A stretch of DNA of 64,000 bases from an uncultured Akkermansia sp. Lineage in GTDB: Bacteria; Bacteroidota; Bacteroidia; Flavobacteriales_D; Crocinitomicaceae. The stretch spans positions 827 through 64,826 of the forward strand of contig CAZGJF010000007.1 in the NCBI GenBank assembly GCA_964526595.1, read 5' to 3'. The notes below the pieces were generated by a model. The model had not been told where the DNA came from. It ran no database searches and saw only the letters and a program-made list of their open reading frames with translations. The stretch's first letter is position 1, and every line of letters starts with the position of its first letter. Both the position numbers and the translations under genes were made by a program. This document shows positions 47,106 through 57,310 of this stretch, in pieces.

Positions 47106-48224
47106 ATGAATTTTATCGTATCAAGTACCACCTTATTAAGACATTTACAAAGCATATCGGGTGTATTAAGCACAAGTGTTACCATACCGATTTTAGACAA
47201 TTTTCTTTTTGAGATTGATGAGAAGCAGCTAACCGTTTCTGCTTCGGATCTTGAAACCACCATGCGAACAACCTTGGAGGTTGAAGCCAATGAAGTCGGA
47301 AAAATCGCAATTCCGGCAAAACTCATTTTGGACGTTTTGAAGAATCTACCGGATCAACCATGTACTTTTTCGGTTGATATGTCAAATTTTGGTATCGAAA
47401 TAGCATACGATAACGGGAAGTCAAGAATGGTTGGATTTAATGGGGACGATTTTCCCCGAATACCTGCCATCGAAAATAGCAGTTCGATTAAAGTCTCAGG
47501 AGACATTCTGTTGAGAGCAATCAACAAGACATTATTTGCAACCGGAAATGATGATTTAAGGCCGGTTATGAGTGGTGTTTTTTGTGAGTTCAGTCCTGAA
47601 AATATAACATTTGTGGCAACAGATGCCCATAAGTTGGTACGTTACCGAAGAACCGATTCTCAAGCAGAAAGTAGCTCGTCTTTTATTTTACCCAAGAAAC
47701 CACTCAACCTTCTCAAAGTAAATTTGGGCGGGAACGAAGAAGTTCTGTTGGAATACAATGAGTCTAATGTGGTGTTTACGTTCAATGATATCGTTTTGGT
47801 TTGTCGATTGATAGATGGTAAATATCCAAATTATGAGGCGGTTATTCCGAATGAAAATCCAAACGTATTGACCATTGACCGTCAACAATTTTTGAGTTCT
47901 ATCAAACGAGTTTCGATTTTTGCCAATAAAACAACATATCAGGTTAAATTGAAGTTGGCAGGATCAGAGTTGTCCTTGTCTGCGGAAGACATTGATTTTT
48001 CAAATGAAGCAAATGAACGTCTAACGTGTAATTATGATGGAGATGATATGGAGATTGGCTTCAATTCACGTTTTTTACTTGAAATGTTGAATAATATTGA
48101 ATCTAATGAGGTGAGACTCGAGATGAGTGAACCGTCCAGAGCAGGATTATTGATGCCCGCTGTAAAAGACAATCAGGACGAAGATATCTTGATGCTTGTT
48201 ATGCCGGTAATGTTGAATCGATAA
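47106..48224 (+). CDS. dnaN: DNA polymerase III beta sliding clamp
   Basis: MNFIVSSTTLLRHLQSISGVL....IPILDNFLFEI....L.VSASDLE..., 372 aa, and a C-terminus ending ...LVMPVML. Confidence 0.95.
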   Translation: MNFIVSSTTLLRHLQSISGVLSTSVTIPILDNFLFEIDEKQLTVSASDLETTMRTTLEVEANEVGKIAIPAKLILDVLKNLPDQPCTFSVDMSNFGIEIAYDNGKSRMVGFNGDDFPRIPAIENSSSIKVSGDILLRAINKTLFATGNDDLRPVMSGVFCEFSPENITFVATDAHKLVRYRRTDSQAESSSSFILPKKPLNLLKVNLGGNEEVLLEYNESNVVFTFNDIVLVCRLIDGKYPNYEAVIPNENPNVLTIDRQQFLSSIKRVSIFANKTTYQVKLKLAGSELSLSAEDIDFSNEANERLTCNYDGDDMEIGFNSRFLLEMLNNIESNEVRLEMSEPSRAGLLMPAVKDNQDEDILMLVMPVMLNR

Positions 48225-48415
48225 CTTGTTTTTTCGGGTTTTTTATAAAATATCCGAAATTATTCTCGATTGATTACTGATTTGTCATTAGTAATTGAAT
48301 TTTTTATTGTTTCCGTACGCAAAATCGGATAACCTTCTTAATTTTATTCTTGTTTGGCTTTTGATTTTTCAATGGATTATTTGTCAAATGTTTGTTTCAC
48401 AGATTTATCCTGGAA

Positions 48416-50926
48416 ATGACTGATAAAAGATGTTTTTGGCATTTCGACCGTGAATATTGGTTTGAAAAATTACATAGCTCTACCCATGGATTATCAAGTA
48501 TTGAAGCAGAGAACGCTCTAAAAAAAGGATTGCATATCCCAAAAAACAATTCAAGAAAACAGAAAGAAATACGCTTATTTTTAAGTCAGTATAAAAATCC
48601 CCTAATGTTGATGTTGATAGGTGCTGCAATTCTATCTGCTTTTTTAGGAGATACCTCAGACGTTTTCATCATACTTTTTATGGTACTGTCAACAGGTTTA
48701 CTAAGTTATTTTCAAGAACGAAATGCAAACAAAGTCGTAGAGAAATTGCAATCGCTGATAGCTTATAAATCAACGGTTTTAAGAGATGGCATTGCGCTTG
48801 AGATAGCTTCCGGTTTGATCGTTCCTGGTGACGTATTGCTATTTAAAGCAGGAGACATCATCCCGGCGGATTGTTTGATTTTGGAAGTCAATGAATTATT
48901 TGTCAATGAGTCTAGTTTAACAGGAGAATCATTTCCGGCAAGAAAACAAGTTGGGGTCCTTCCTGAAAATTCGACCTTGAGTGAACGAATAAACTGTTTG
49001 TGGGAGGGAACTAATGTGATTAGTGGAACAGGATCCGCTCTTGTAATTAACACAGGATCGGAAACAATTTTTGGAACCACCATTAAAAGTGCTGAAACAT
49101 ATCAGGAGACAGCTTTTGAAAAAGGAATCAAAGATTTTGGTTATTTTTTAATGAAAATCACACTTTTTTTATCCGTGTTTATATTGATTATCAACTTGAT
49201 TAATGGGAAGTATGTGATAGAATCTGCGTTATTCGCTTTAGCGTTAGCCGTAGGTATGGCGCCTGAATTGCTACCAGCTATTTCAACTATAGCCATGAGC
49301 GCCGGTGCGAAACGTTTATTAAACAAAAAGGTAATTGTCAAAAAATTAGCATCTATTCAGAATCTGGGAGAAGTCGATTTGCTCTGTACCGATAAAACCG
49401 GAACGATTACGGATGGTGTCATTACTGTTGACTCAATTGTTGATTACGAGGGTAACAAATCTGATTTTGTCCAAAAACTTGCCTATTGGAATGCCAAATT
49501 TGAAACAGGATATGCTAACCCGATAGATGTTGCATTAACAAAGTTGAATCTTACGTCCGATGAAGATGTAATTAAGCAATCCGAGATACCCTATGATTTT
49601 ATACGTAAACGCCTGAGTGTCTCTTTAAAAATTGATGATTCTGTAATGTTGATTACGAAAGGTGCATTTCCACAAATAATGGAATGTTGCACTTCGCTTA
49701 GATTAGAAGATGGATCAACTAGTCCGATAGCACCTTATTCCGACAAAATAGAAAGTCAATTTGAACGGTATGGTCACGATGGGCTTCGAGTAATAGCTGT
49801 ATGCTACAAATTAATTGATTCAAAGTCAATTGTTATTAAGGATGAAGCTGAGATGATTTTTGCAGGTTTTGTCTTGCTCAGTGATCCTATTAAAACCGGT
49901 ATTGTGAATGTCATTTCTGATCTTAGACAATTAAAAGTTAATTTAAAAATCATTACGGGTGATAATATAAATGTTGCTAGAGCCATCGGTAAAGGAATTG
50001 GCCTTTCCAATCCAATTGTCATGACTGGGAAAGATTTGTCCAGAATAAGTCCTGAGGCTCTGCAACAACAAGTAAAAAAAACGCAGATTTTTGCTGAATT
50101 AGAGCCCCAACAGAAAGAACGGGTTATTCAATCGTTGAAACATTCATACACTGTTGCTTACATGGGAGATGGTATCAATGACGTAGCTGCATTAAACATG
50201 GCGGATATTGGTGTGTCGGTTGATAACGCTGTGGATGTAGCTCGGGAGGCTGCTGATTTTGTATTGATGGAAAAAGATCTTTCCGTGTTGATTGAAGGAA
50301 TTAAGGAAGGGAGAAAAACGTTTGCTAATACCTTGAAATACATATTTATTAATACCGGGTCTACTTTCGGAAATATGTTTAGTGTTGCCATAGCCTCTCT
50401 TTTGCTTCCATTTTTGCCCATGCTTCCCAAACAGATTCTCTTGACAAATTTCATAACGGATTTCCCCTATTTATCAATTGCATCGGATAACGTTGACAGC
50501 GAGCAATTAAACAAGCCAGGAAAATGGAACCTTCGTTTCATTCGTTTGTATATGGTGATTTTTGGTTTGCACAGCTCCTTGTTTGATTTATTGACATTTT
50601 TCGTTTTATATTATGGATTAAAGGTCAAAGAATCCGCATTTCAGACAGGCTGGTTTATTGAATCAATTTTGACTGAATTATTCATATTATTCATCATTCG
50701 AACACATCAGAATTTTTTCAAAAGTAAACCGGGCAATCTACTTTTAATATTGAGTGTTTTAGGCTTACTTATTACGGTCGTTTTACCCTACACTTCAATA
50801 GCTTCAGATATTGGGTTACAACCTTTGCCAATTCAATACGTTAGCATACTTTTTTTGATTGTTTTATCATACGTTTTGACAGCAGATTTTCTCAAAGTTT
50901 GGTTTTTCAAACGATTTCACAGGTGA
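48416..50926 (+). CDS. mgtA: P-type cation-transporting ATPase, MgtA-like
   Basis: DKTGTIT (phosphorylation site), ITGDN and MGDGINDVAAL. TM4 GMAPELLPAI and ...ASDNVD resemble Mg2+-type pumps. The ATG at 48416 is preferred to the TTG at 48392. Confidence 0.7.
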   Translation: MTDKRCFWHFDREYWFEKLHSSTHGLSSIEAENALKKGLHIPKNNSRKQKEIRLFLSQYKNPLMLMLIGAAILSAFLGDTSDVFIILFMVLSTGLLSYFQERNANKVVEKLQSLIAYKSTVLRDGIALEIASGLIVPGDVLLFKAGDIIPADCLILEVNELFVNESSLTGESFPARKQVGVLPENSTLSERINCLWEGTNVISGTGSALVINTGSETIFGTTIKSAETYQETAFEKGIKDFGYFLMKITLFLSVFILIINLINGKYVIESALFALALAVGMAPELLPAISTIAMSAGAKRLLNKKVIVKKLASIQNLGEVDLLCTDKTGTITDGVITVDSIVDYEGNKSDFVQKLAYWNAKFETGYANPIDVALTKLNLTSDEDVIKQSEIPYDFIRKRLSVSLKIDDSVMLITKGAFPQIMECCTSLRLEDGSTSPIAPYSDKIESQFERYGHDGLRVIAVCYKLIDSKSIVIKDEAEMIFAGFVLLSDPIKTGIVNVISDLRQLKVNLKIITGDNINVARAIGKGIGLSNPIVMTGKDLSRISPEALQQQVKKTQIFAELEPQQKERVIQSLKHSYTVAYMGDGINDVAALNMADIGVSVDNAVDVAREAADFVLMEKDLSVLIEGIKEGRKTFANTLKYIFINTGSTFGNMFSVAIASLLLPFLPMLPKQILLTNFITDFPYLSIASDNVDSEQLNKPGKWNLRFIRLYMVIFGLHSSLFDLLTFFVLYYGLKVKESAFQTGWFIESILTELFILFIIRTHQNFFKSKPGNLLLILSVLGLLITVVLPYTSIASDIGLQPLPIQYVSILFLIVLSYVLTADFLKVWFFKRFHR

Positions 50927-50949
50927 TGTGTTAGTGCAGTTATTTTCAA

Positions 50950-52614
50950 TTAAAACTGAAAATAAACAAATGGCTTAAATGTATCTGAAACTGCTTGATA
51001 TATCATTATCACAATGATTGCAACAGTTAATGCCTGTAATGGTAAAGGAAATCGAGTGAATAACTTTTCCCAGTTTTGTTTTATTCTGCTTGGTAACCAA
51101 TGCAGTGTGTAACCCATCAGTATTACCCAAAAAACACTTTGATAAGTGGTCAAAACTTTTACAAAAACTTGCCAATTGAAACCAAAGTTAGAAGTAATGT
51201 GATTCAACATGGCTAACGGTTCACCTTCCCCATCAAGACGGAACCAAATACGCGTGAATGTGATGAAATTGAAAGTCAGGAAAATTTTCCAGAAATTAAT
51301 CAATACATGAGGTTTATTTTCGTAAGGAGATATTTTTTTCCAGTAGTTGTAGAAAATTAGAGCAAGACCATTCATGGCACCCCATAAAACAAAGTTTTCA
51401 CTGGCTCCATGCCACAAACCACCCACGACCATTGTTACCATTAGGTTCAGATCACGATGAATATGTTGTTTTAATTGAGGGAACAATAAAATGCCAATCA
51501 AAAATAGCGAAGCTGTTCCTAAGTAAATAAAGACTAATTCATACCATTGTGTGATGAAAAAAAGAAAAATCAGAACAATTGCAATAGCTACATAAGTGCC
51601 TGATGTAGCCTTTTTATTTCCTCCCATCGGAATATATAAGTAGTCTCTCAGCCAAGATCCGAGCGATTTGTGCCACCTTCTCCAGAAATCTGCAACACTT
51701 TTGGCTTTGTAGGGTGAATTAAAATTTTCTAACAGTTGTATCCCCATTAAGCGCGATAAGCCGATTGCAATGTCAGTATATCCTGAGAAATCCCCGTAGA
51801 TTTGAAGGGAATAACCCCACATCGCCAAAATGCTTACAAACCCGGGGTATGATTCCGGCGAGTCCACTATCTTGTCAATGAAATGCACAGCGATGTAGTC
51901 CGCCAGCACAATTTTTTTGATTAATCCCTTCATGATTTGAATAACAGACCAACTAAACGAATCTTTATCCAGCTGATATGGCTTGGTTAGTTGAGGAATA
52001 AAATCTCTTGCCCTAACAATAGGACCTGCGACCAGATGAGGAAAAAAACAGACAAAAAAAGTATAATCAAAAAAGTGCGATACAGGTTCAATTTCTTTTC
52101 GATAGATGTCTATGAAGTAAGAAATACTTTGAAAGGTGAAGAACGATACGCCAACGGGAAGAATTATTTTATCTACCGTAAAGTAGTTGCCGTCAAAAAA
52201 GGAATTGCCCCAATGTGCCAAATGATTGATAACTTGATATTTGGTGTGAAAAATCTCATTAAATGAATTGGTGAAAAAATAGGCGTATTTGAAGTAAATC
52301 AGAATCGTCAAGTTAAAAAGTACTCCAATGCCAATCAATCCCTTTTTTTTATGTTCTTGGGGCGTTTTGAAAACCTTTTTTCCAATATAAAAATTGAAAA
52401 CTAAACTGATAAAGAGTAATATCAAGAATAGTCCGGATGTTTTGTAGTAAAAAAAGAAACTTACGACTGTCAGAAAAATACTTCTAGCTACAAAGTGTTT
52501 ATATATAGCAGAGAATACAATCATTACGACCAAAAAAAACAACCAAAAATCTAATTGAGTAAAAATTAAAGGCTCTTTTTCATTGAACGAGAATATCTGT
52601 GTGATTCGATCCAT
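50950..52614 (-). CDS. MBOAT-family membrane O-acyltransferase (AlgI/PatA/DltB-like)
   Basis: A polytopic protein with FWRRWHKSLGSWLRDYLYIPMGGN and GLWHGAS (MBOAT catalytic His region). Confidence 0.85.
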   Translation of the reverse strand: MDRITQIFSFNEKEPLIFTQLDFWLFFLVVMIVFSAIYKHFVARSIFLTVVSFFFYYKTSGLFLILLFISLVFNFYIGKKVFKTPQEHKKKGLIGIGVLFNLTILIYFKYAYFFTNSFNEIFHTKYQVINHLAHWGNSFFDGNYFTVDKIILPVGVSFFTFQSISYFIDIYRKEIEPVSHFFDYTFFVCFFPHLVAGPIVRARDFIPQLTKPYQLDKDSFSWSVIQIMKGLIKKIVLADYIAVHFIDKIVDSPESYPGFVSILAMWGYSLQIYGDFSGYTDIAIGLSRLMGIQLLENFNSPYKAKSVADFWRRWHKSLGSWLRDYLYIPMGGNKKATSGTYVAIAIVLIFLFFITQWYELVFIYLGTASLFLIGILLFPQLKQHIHRDLNLMVTMVVGGLWHGASENFVLWGAMNGLALIFYNYWKKISPYENKPHVLINFWKIFLTFNFITFTRIWFRLDGEGEPLAMLNHITSNFGFNWQVFVKVLTTYQSVFWVILMGYTLHWLPSRIKQNWEKLFTRFPLPLQALTVAIIVIMIYQAVSDTFKPFVYFQF

Positions 52615-52631
52615 CTGAATAAATGGGGTTT

Positions 52632-53939
52632 TTAGTATGTATTACTGAATTGATCCATAAATTTTAAAAAAGCATCAATCAGCAATGCGCCCTTCAGATG
52701 ATAACCTGAAGCTGTAAAATGGACCTTGTCAGGCTGCATTAATTGATGTTGAAGCCATATTTTGGAAGATCCCAGTCCCCCCATGACGCCATAAAAATCC
52801 CAAACAGCTGCTTCATATTGTTGGGCCAGCTCTAAAATAACCTCGCGAATTTTGCCAATATTATGATTGGGATATTTTCGCTGATAATATGAATCATTTG
52901 GCACTGTGAGTAACAATGCACAAGAGGGATTGGTATGAAGGGCTTTCAATATTAATTTTTCCAAATTAGCTTTATATATCATTGGATTAAATCGATATGA
53001 AGGTACATTGGCATCATTAGTTCCTACTGAAAAAACAAATAAATCGGGTGGATAAGAAGCCAATTGTTCCTCGAAATTAACGTTTTTCAAATAGGTACTC
53101 AATGAAGCACCGTTAACTCCGATTGTGTTATAAGAAAATCCCGGATCGTTGTTCATAAACAAAAATCCATAAAGCTCTAATTCCGAGACTGAGTTGTCTA
53201 TTCTGGTGAGTTGAATGTCCATCTCATATATCGGATCATTGAAATGAATATCGGTAAATCCTTTTTCCGGAAAATGTTCTTTATAATTGATTAAGATTTC
53301 ACTATTCCCAAAATTCATTTCAAATGGAAAATCTCCTTTGTTATGGTATATTCTAAGCTTTGTAAAAGGTGGTTTGACATTCGTCAAATCATGCTTAAAT
53401 GTGATGTTAATGATTGAATCTCGGCAAACAATTACTGCCCCCATTAATCCGTAATCTAAGGTAGATTCTCTGTCATTTACACTACGATAAGCTTTCCAGT
53501 GATTTGGTGATGAAAAATCATAATTGGCAGGGTTATTTGTGTTAGCAAGTTCGAAAGGAAAAACTAATCCGCGTTCTCCGGGTAATTCGTCCCAATGAGA
53601 TTGAAGAAAAGTTCTAAAATCGTGAGTGTAAATGTCTGCTTGTAAATGTGATCCGCCAATATGATAAAAAGTCAGTTTACCTGTTTTGTTGGTCACCATT
53701 CTCTCTATCTTTTCATAAAGAAGTTTCCACTGGTCACTCTTTGTGCTATAAAATTTAAAGTTGTTTTTTCGCAAATCAACAAAAGGACAGCTTGTTTTCA
53801 GAGAACTGTCAATTTGAAATATATCAGGGTAAACATACGTGCTAAGTGGAAGAGGGGATGGGTTGATGCTATTTTGTCCTAATCCCCAGACTAAAGGACA
53901 TAGATAAAAAAACAGTATCATATTTTTGAAACCAAACAT
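52632..53939 (-). CDS. SGNH/GDSL-like hydrolase/acyltransferase, variant block I
   Basis: FYHIGGSHLQAD (degenerate block I), FSVGTNDA (block III) and PDKVHFT (block V, DxxH). The ATG at 53939 gives the signal sequence MFGFKNMILFFYLCPLVWGLG and sits just after the upstream stop. Confidence 0.65.
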   Translation of the reverse strand: MFGFKNMILFFYLCPLVWGLGQNSINPSPLPLSTYVYPDIFQIDSSLKTSCPFVDLRKNNFKFYSTKSDQWKLLYEKIERMVTNKTGKLTFYHIGGSHLQADIYTHDFRTFLQSHWDELPGERGLVFPFELANTNNPANYDFSSPNHWKAYRSVNDRESTLDYGLMGAVIVCRDSIINITFKHDLTNVKPPFTKLRIYHNKGDFPFEMNFGNSEILINYKEHFPEKGFTDIHFNDPIYEMDIQLTRIDNSVSELELYGFLFMNNDPGFSYNTIGVNGASLSTYLKNVNFEEQLASYPPDLFVFSVGTNDANVPSYRFNPMIYKANLEKLILKALHTNPSCALLLTVPNDSYYQRKYPNHNIGKIREVILELAQQYEAAVWDFYGVMGGLGSSKIWLQHQLMQPDKVHFTASGYHLKGALLIDAFLKFMDQFSNTY

Positions 53940-53943
53940 TGGA

Positions 53944-55416
53944 TTACTTTTTTTCTGTCCATTTAGCATAAGCTGACCCCAGCGCTTCAAAAAAGAGTTC
54001 AGAAGCAATACTGGCTCCTTTGTTTGAGAAATGGATGTAATCACTGCCCGCCAACCCTTGTTCAACCCACGACGGCATTGAATTTATTCCACCCATTGCA
54101 TCGAACAAATTCCAAAATCCCGCACCTGCCTCAATCGAAGCTTTCTTCATTTGATTCACACAATAAGGAAGTAGAGGATATGATACAAAAGCACCATTTT
54201 CAAGTTTGGACATGTCACTTGGACCGATCACTATGATTGCTGCTGAAGGGCGTATTTTCTTTAGCGTATTCAATTGTTTTTTAAAGTATCCTGCAAAATT
54301 CCTTACAGCTGTGCTATCCCTGAAAAAAGGAACCGAATTTCCCCCAAATTGCATGATAATCATTTCTGTGTTAAGCTCTTCATACATCTTACTTAACAAT
54401 GATTTATCCATCCGGTTAAAGATGCTTCCACTTGAACCTCGCATGCCGATATTGCTTACCTGAACCCCATAGTCCCCTTCAAGCGAAAATCCTGTAATGG
54501 TTGGACTTACAGTTGCAATAAACTGAAATTTTAGTTTACCCGGTGTTTGTTGAAAATCAAGCTTCAATGCATGTGCCTTACCATCATGTTGCAGACTGTC
54601 CTCGCGGATTAGTTTGCCATTATTAAAAATTCTCAAGCCACACGGAACATAACAACTATTATAATACATTGTTACTTTATTGTATTCCTTGGCTCTGTAG
54701 TATTTTGCATGACCCGGTTCAATTTCTACCCATGCCTCATGCAAAACACTTTCTTTGTGCGCACGCAGACTGTCAAATTCTTCGGTAAATCTGGCTGCAG
54801 AACCCAACACGCCATATCGCTTATTTTTCAGTTTTGCGCCTCCGAAACATGTGTAACGAATGAAATTTGACGAATAAGATTGTTTGAAGGTAAAGGTGTT
54901 GTAAACATTCATTGCCGGAATCATTCCCGGACCATTTCCGCCAAATTGATCTTGTAATCGCTGACGAATATATGAAGTCATTCGATCACCCTCAATCTGA
55001 GAATCTCCATAATGTAAAATGTGAATCTTGTCCCTCGTTGAGGTAAGGTCTTTCAATTTACTGAACAGTATATACAGTTTGTCCCTGCATGCATCACTTA
55101 GGATAATTGCATTTGTACTCGCTGTGTCCAAAATCCCGGCACTTGGCGCCCCAATACCAGAATTTGATTTTTTCTTATTGTTTGCTTCCCCGGTCTGATG
55201 AATGAAATCATCGATTGTTTTTTTAGTGACAACATGTGAAATATCCTTTTTTTGCTGTTTAGTTGGTTGATAGATTTCTCTTTGATTTATAAAACGAATT
55301 TTCAAACGACCCAACTGCATGCCGTTTTCAGGAAAAAAATAGGAAAATAAGCCTAGTGTCAAGAGAATTGCTGTAAGGAATAGCAATACATTAAATGGCT
55401 TTAATTCGCGAGACAT
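53944..55416 (-). CDS. Membrane-anchored SGNH/GDSL-like hydrolase/acyltransferase
   Basis: N-terminal TM FNVLLFLTAILLTLGLFSYFF. The blocks are HILHYGDSQIEGD (block I GDS), MQFGGNS (block III) and GSDYIHFS (block V DxxH). Confidence 0.7.
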   Translation of the reverse strand: MSRELKPFNVLLFLTAILLTLGLFSYFFPENGMQLGRLKIRFINQREIYQPTKQQKKDISHVVTKKTIDDFIHQTGEANNKKKSNSGIGAPSAGILDTASTNAIILSDACRDKLYILFSKLKDLTSTRDKIHILHYGDSQIEGDRMTSYIRQRLQDQFGGNGPGMIPAMNVYNTFTFKQSYSSNFIRYTCFGGAKLKNKRYGVLGSAARFTEEFDSLRAHKESVLHEAWVEIEPGHAKYYRAKEYNKVTMYYNSCYVPCGLRIFNNGKLIREDSLQHDGKAHALKLDFQQTPGKLKFQFIATVSPTITGFSLEGDYGVQVSNIGMRGSSGSIFNRMDKSLLSKMYEELNTEMIIMQFGGNSVPFFRDSTAVRNFAGYFKKQLNTLKKIRPSAAIIVIGPSDMSKLENGAFVSYPLLPYCVNQMKKASIEAGAGFWNLFDAMGGINSMPSWVEQGLAGSDYIHFSNKGASIASELFFEALGSAYAKWTEKK

Positions 55417-55608
55417 AATTGTCAAAGTTAATCAAGTGATTGGTGTAAGTTTGTTAAACCAGTCAAACTTGTTAACAATCAATTTTTCAGATTGATACGC
55501 AATTAGTGTCAATCTTTCATTGATTTGCTTCATTTTCTGCCACCTTGTCCGACTATTATAATTGGTCTTATCTTTGTGATTGGTTTTAGGAACAAAAAAA
55601 GTTGAAAA

Positions 55609-56151
55609 ATGGCAGAGGAAGATACAAAAATCAAAAATCAGGATGAGGTAGTCAATGATCAAAATGCTATTGATAAAGACCAATCTGAACAGGAGGAAAC
55701 GTCTAAAGAACCGACGTTAGAAGAGAAGTATGCGGAGTTGAATGATCGTTTTGTACGTCTTTATGCTGAATTTGATAATTTCAGAAAACGTTCAAATAAA
55801 GAAAAAGTAGATTTGATTAGCACTGCAAATGCGGGTGTTTTGGTTGATTTACTGCCAGTATTGGATGATTTTGAGCGCGCAATTCAAAGTAATGAGACAG
55901 CTGAAGACATCGAAATTATCAAGGAAGGTTTTTCGCTAATCTTTAATAAATTCAAATCAATTCTAGAATCTAAAGGCTTGAAGCCCATGAACTCGAAGGG
56001 TCAAGCTTTTGACAGTGAGTTACATGAGGCTATTGCCAACGTACCGGCGACAAACGAAAATGACAAAGGTATAGTCATTGATGATGTAGAAAAAGGATAT
56101 TATCTGCATGAGAAAGTAATACGATTTGCAAAAGTGGTGGTAGGTCAATAA
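55609..56151 (+). CDS. grpE: Nucleotide exchange factor GrpE
   Basis: RLYAEFDNFRKR, VLDDFERA and the C-terminus YLHEKVIRFAKVVV. Confidence 0.95.
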   Translation: MAEEDTKIKNQDEVVNDQNAIDKDQSEQEETSKEPTLEEKYAELNDRFVRLYAEFDNFRKRSNKEKVDLISTANAGVLVDLLPVLDDFERAIQSNETAEDIEIIKEGFSLIFNKFKSILESKGLKPMNSKGQAFDSELHEAIANVPATNENDKGIVIDDVEKGYYLHEKVIRFAKVVVGQ

Positions 56152-56195
56152 TCATTTACTGCATTGAATTATTACCACCTTAATTCCCCAAATAA

Positions 56196-57308
56196 ATGAG
56201 TCAAAAAAGAGATTATTACGAGGTTCTCGGTGTTTCCAAAAATGCTGATGAAAATGAAATCAAAAAGGCTTACAGGAAATTAGCCCTAAAGTACCATCCC
56301 GATAAAAATCCGGGAGACCACAACGCTGAAGAAAAGTTTAAAGAAGCGGCAGAAGCATACGAAGTATTAAGTAACCAAGAAAAGAAAGCTCAATATGATC
56401 GCTTTGGACACGCCGGACTTGGGGGTCAGGGTGGCTTTGGTGGTGGGATGAATATGGAAGATATCTTCTCGCAATTTGGTGATATTTTTGGTGGTGCTTT
56501 TGGTGGAAGTTTTGGCGGTAGCAGAAGTGGCGGTAGCAGAAATGTCAGAGGAACGAACTTGCGTGTAAAAATGAAGCTGACGCTGGAGGAAATAGCAGAG
56601 GGTGTTAAAAAGAAAATCAAAGTAAATAAGCTTATTAATGCTGAAGGTGTTACCTACAAAAATTGTTCAACTTGTAACGGAACAGGTCGAGTAACTCGTG
56701 TCGCACAGACCTTTTTGGGGGCCATGCAAACCCAATCTGCATGTCACGTTTGTCAAGGGGCTGGAAAGATGATTGATAAGAGGCCCTCGGATTCTGATGC
56801 ACAAGGATTGAAACGTCAGGAAGAGGTCATTGAAATCGATATTCCGGCAGGAGTAGAAGAAGGAATGCAGTTAAGTGTTACAGGAAAAGGAAATGCTGGA
56901 CCGTTTAATGGAATTCCGGGAGATTTAATTGTCGTTATCGAAGAGGTGGAGCATCCTGAATTAAAGCGAGACGGTGAAAATTTACATTATGAGGCTTTCA
57001 TCAATTTTGTGGATGCTGTTTTGGGGGAATCAATTGAGATTCCTACGATTTCCGGAAAGGCCAAAATTAAAATTGATCCAGGTACTCAAAGCGGCAAAGT
57101 ATTGCGACTGAAAGGTAAAGGACTTCCCCATGTTCAACGCTATGGACAAGGAGATTTATTTGTTCACATCAATGTTTGGACCCCAAAAAAGATATCTAAG
57201 GAAGAACGTGAGATACTTGATAAATTAAAAAATAGTGAAAATTTTAAACCTCATCCTGATAAAAACGATAAGAGTTTCTTTAATCGCATGAAAGATATGT
57301 TCAGTTAG
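56196..57308 (+). CDS. dnaJ: Molecular chaperone DnaJ
   Basis: J-domain [35 protein letters not shown], a G/F-rich linker and the Zn-finger CSTCNGTGR...CHVCQGAGK. Confidence 0.95.
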   Translation: MSQKRDYYEVLGVSKNADENEIKKAYRKLALKYHPDKNPGDHNAEEKFKEAAEAYEVLSNQEKKAQYDRFGHAGLGGQGGFGGGMNMEDIFSQFGDIFGGAFGGSFGGSRSGGSRNVRGTNLRVKMKLTLEEIAEGVKKKIKVNKLINAEGVTYKNCSTCNGTGRVTRVAQTFLGAMQTQSACHVCQGAGKMIDKRPSDSDAQGLKRQEEVIEIDIPAGVEEGMQLSVTGKGNAGPFNGIPGDLIVVIEEVEHPELKRDGENLHYEAFINFVDAVLGESIEIPTISGKAKIKIDPGTQSGKVLRLKGKGLPHVQRYGQGDLFVHINVWTPKKISKEEREILDKLKNSENFKPHPDKNDKSFFNRMKDMFS

Positions 57309-57310
57309 CC

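Noticed and set aside
55447-55470. The inverted repeat AAGTTTG-N10-CAAACTT in the grpE / SGNH divergent region as a possible CIRCE-like heat-shock operator
   Set aside because: It has no resemblance to the CIRCE consensus (TTAGCACTC-N9-GAGTGCTAA). It lies next to the SGNH gene start rather than near grpE, and it is a short AT-rich stem likely to occur by chance.
55432-55683. An 83-aa minus-strand ORF spanning the SGNH/grpE divergent promoter region and the grpE start
   Set aside because: It overlaps the well-supported grpE N-terminus and the promoter region. Its sequence is low-complexity and hydrophobic with no recognisable features.
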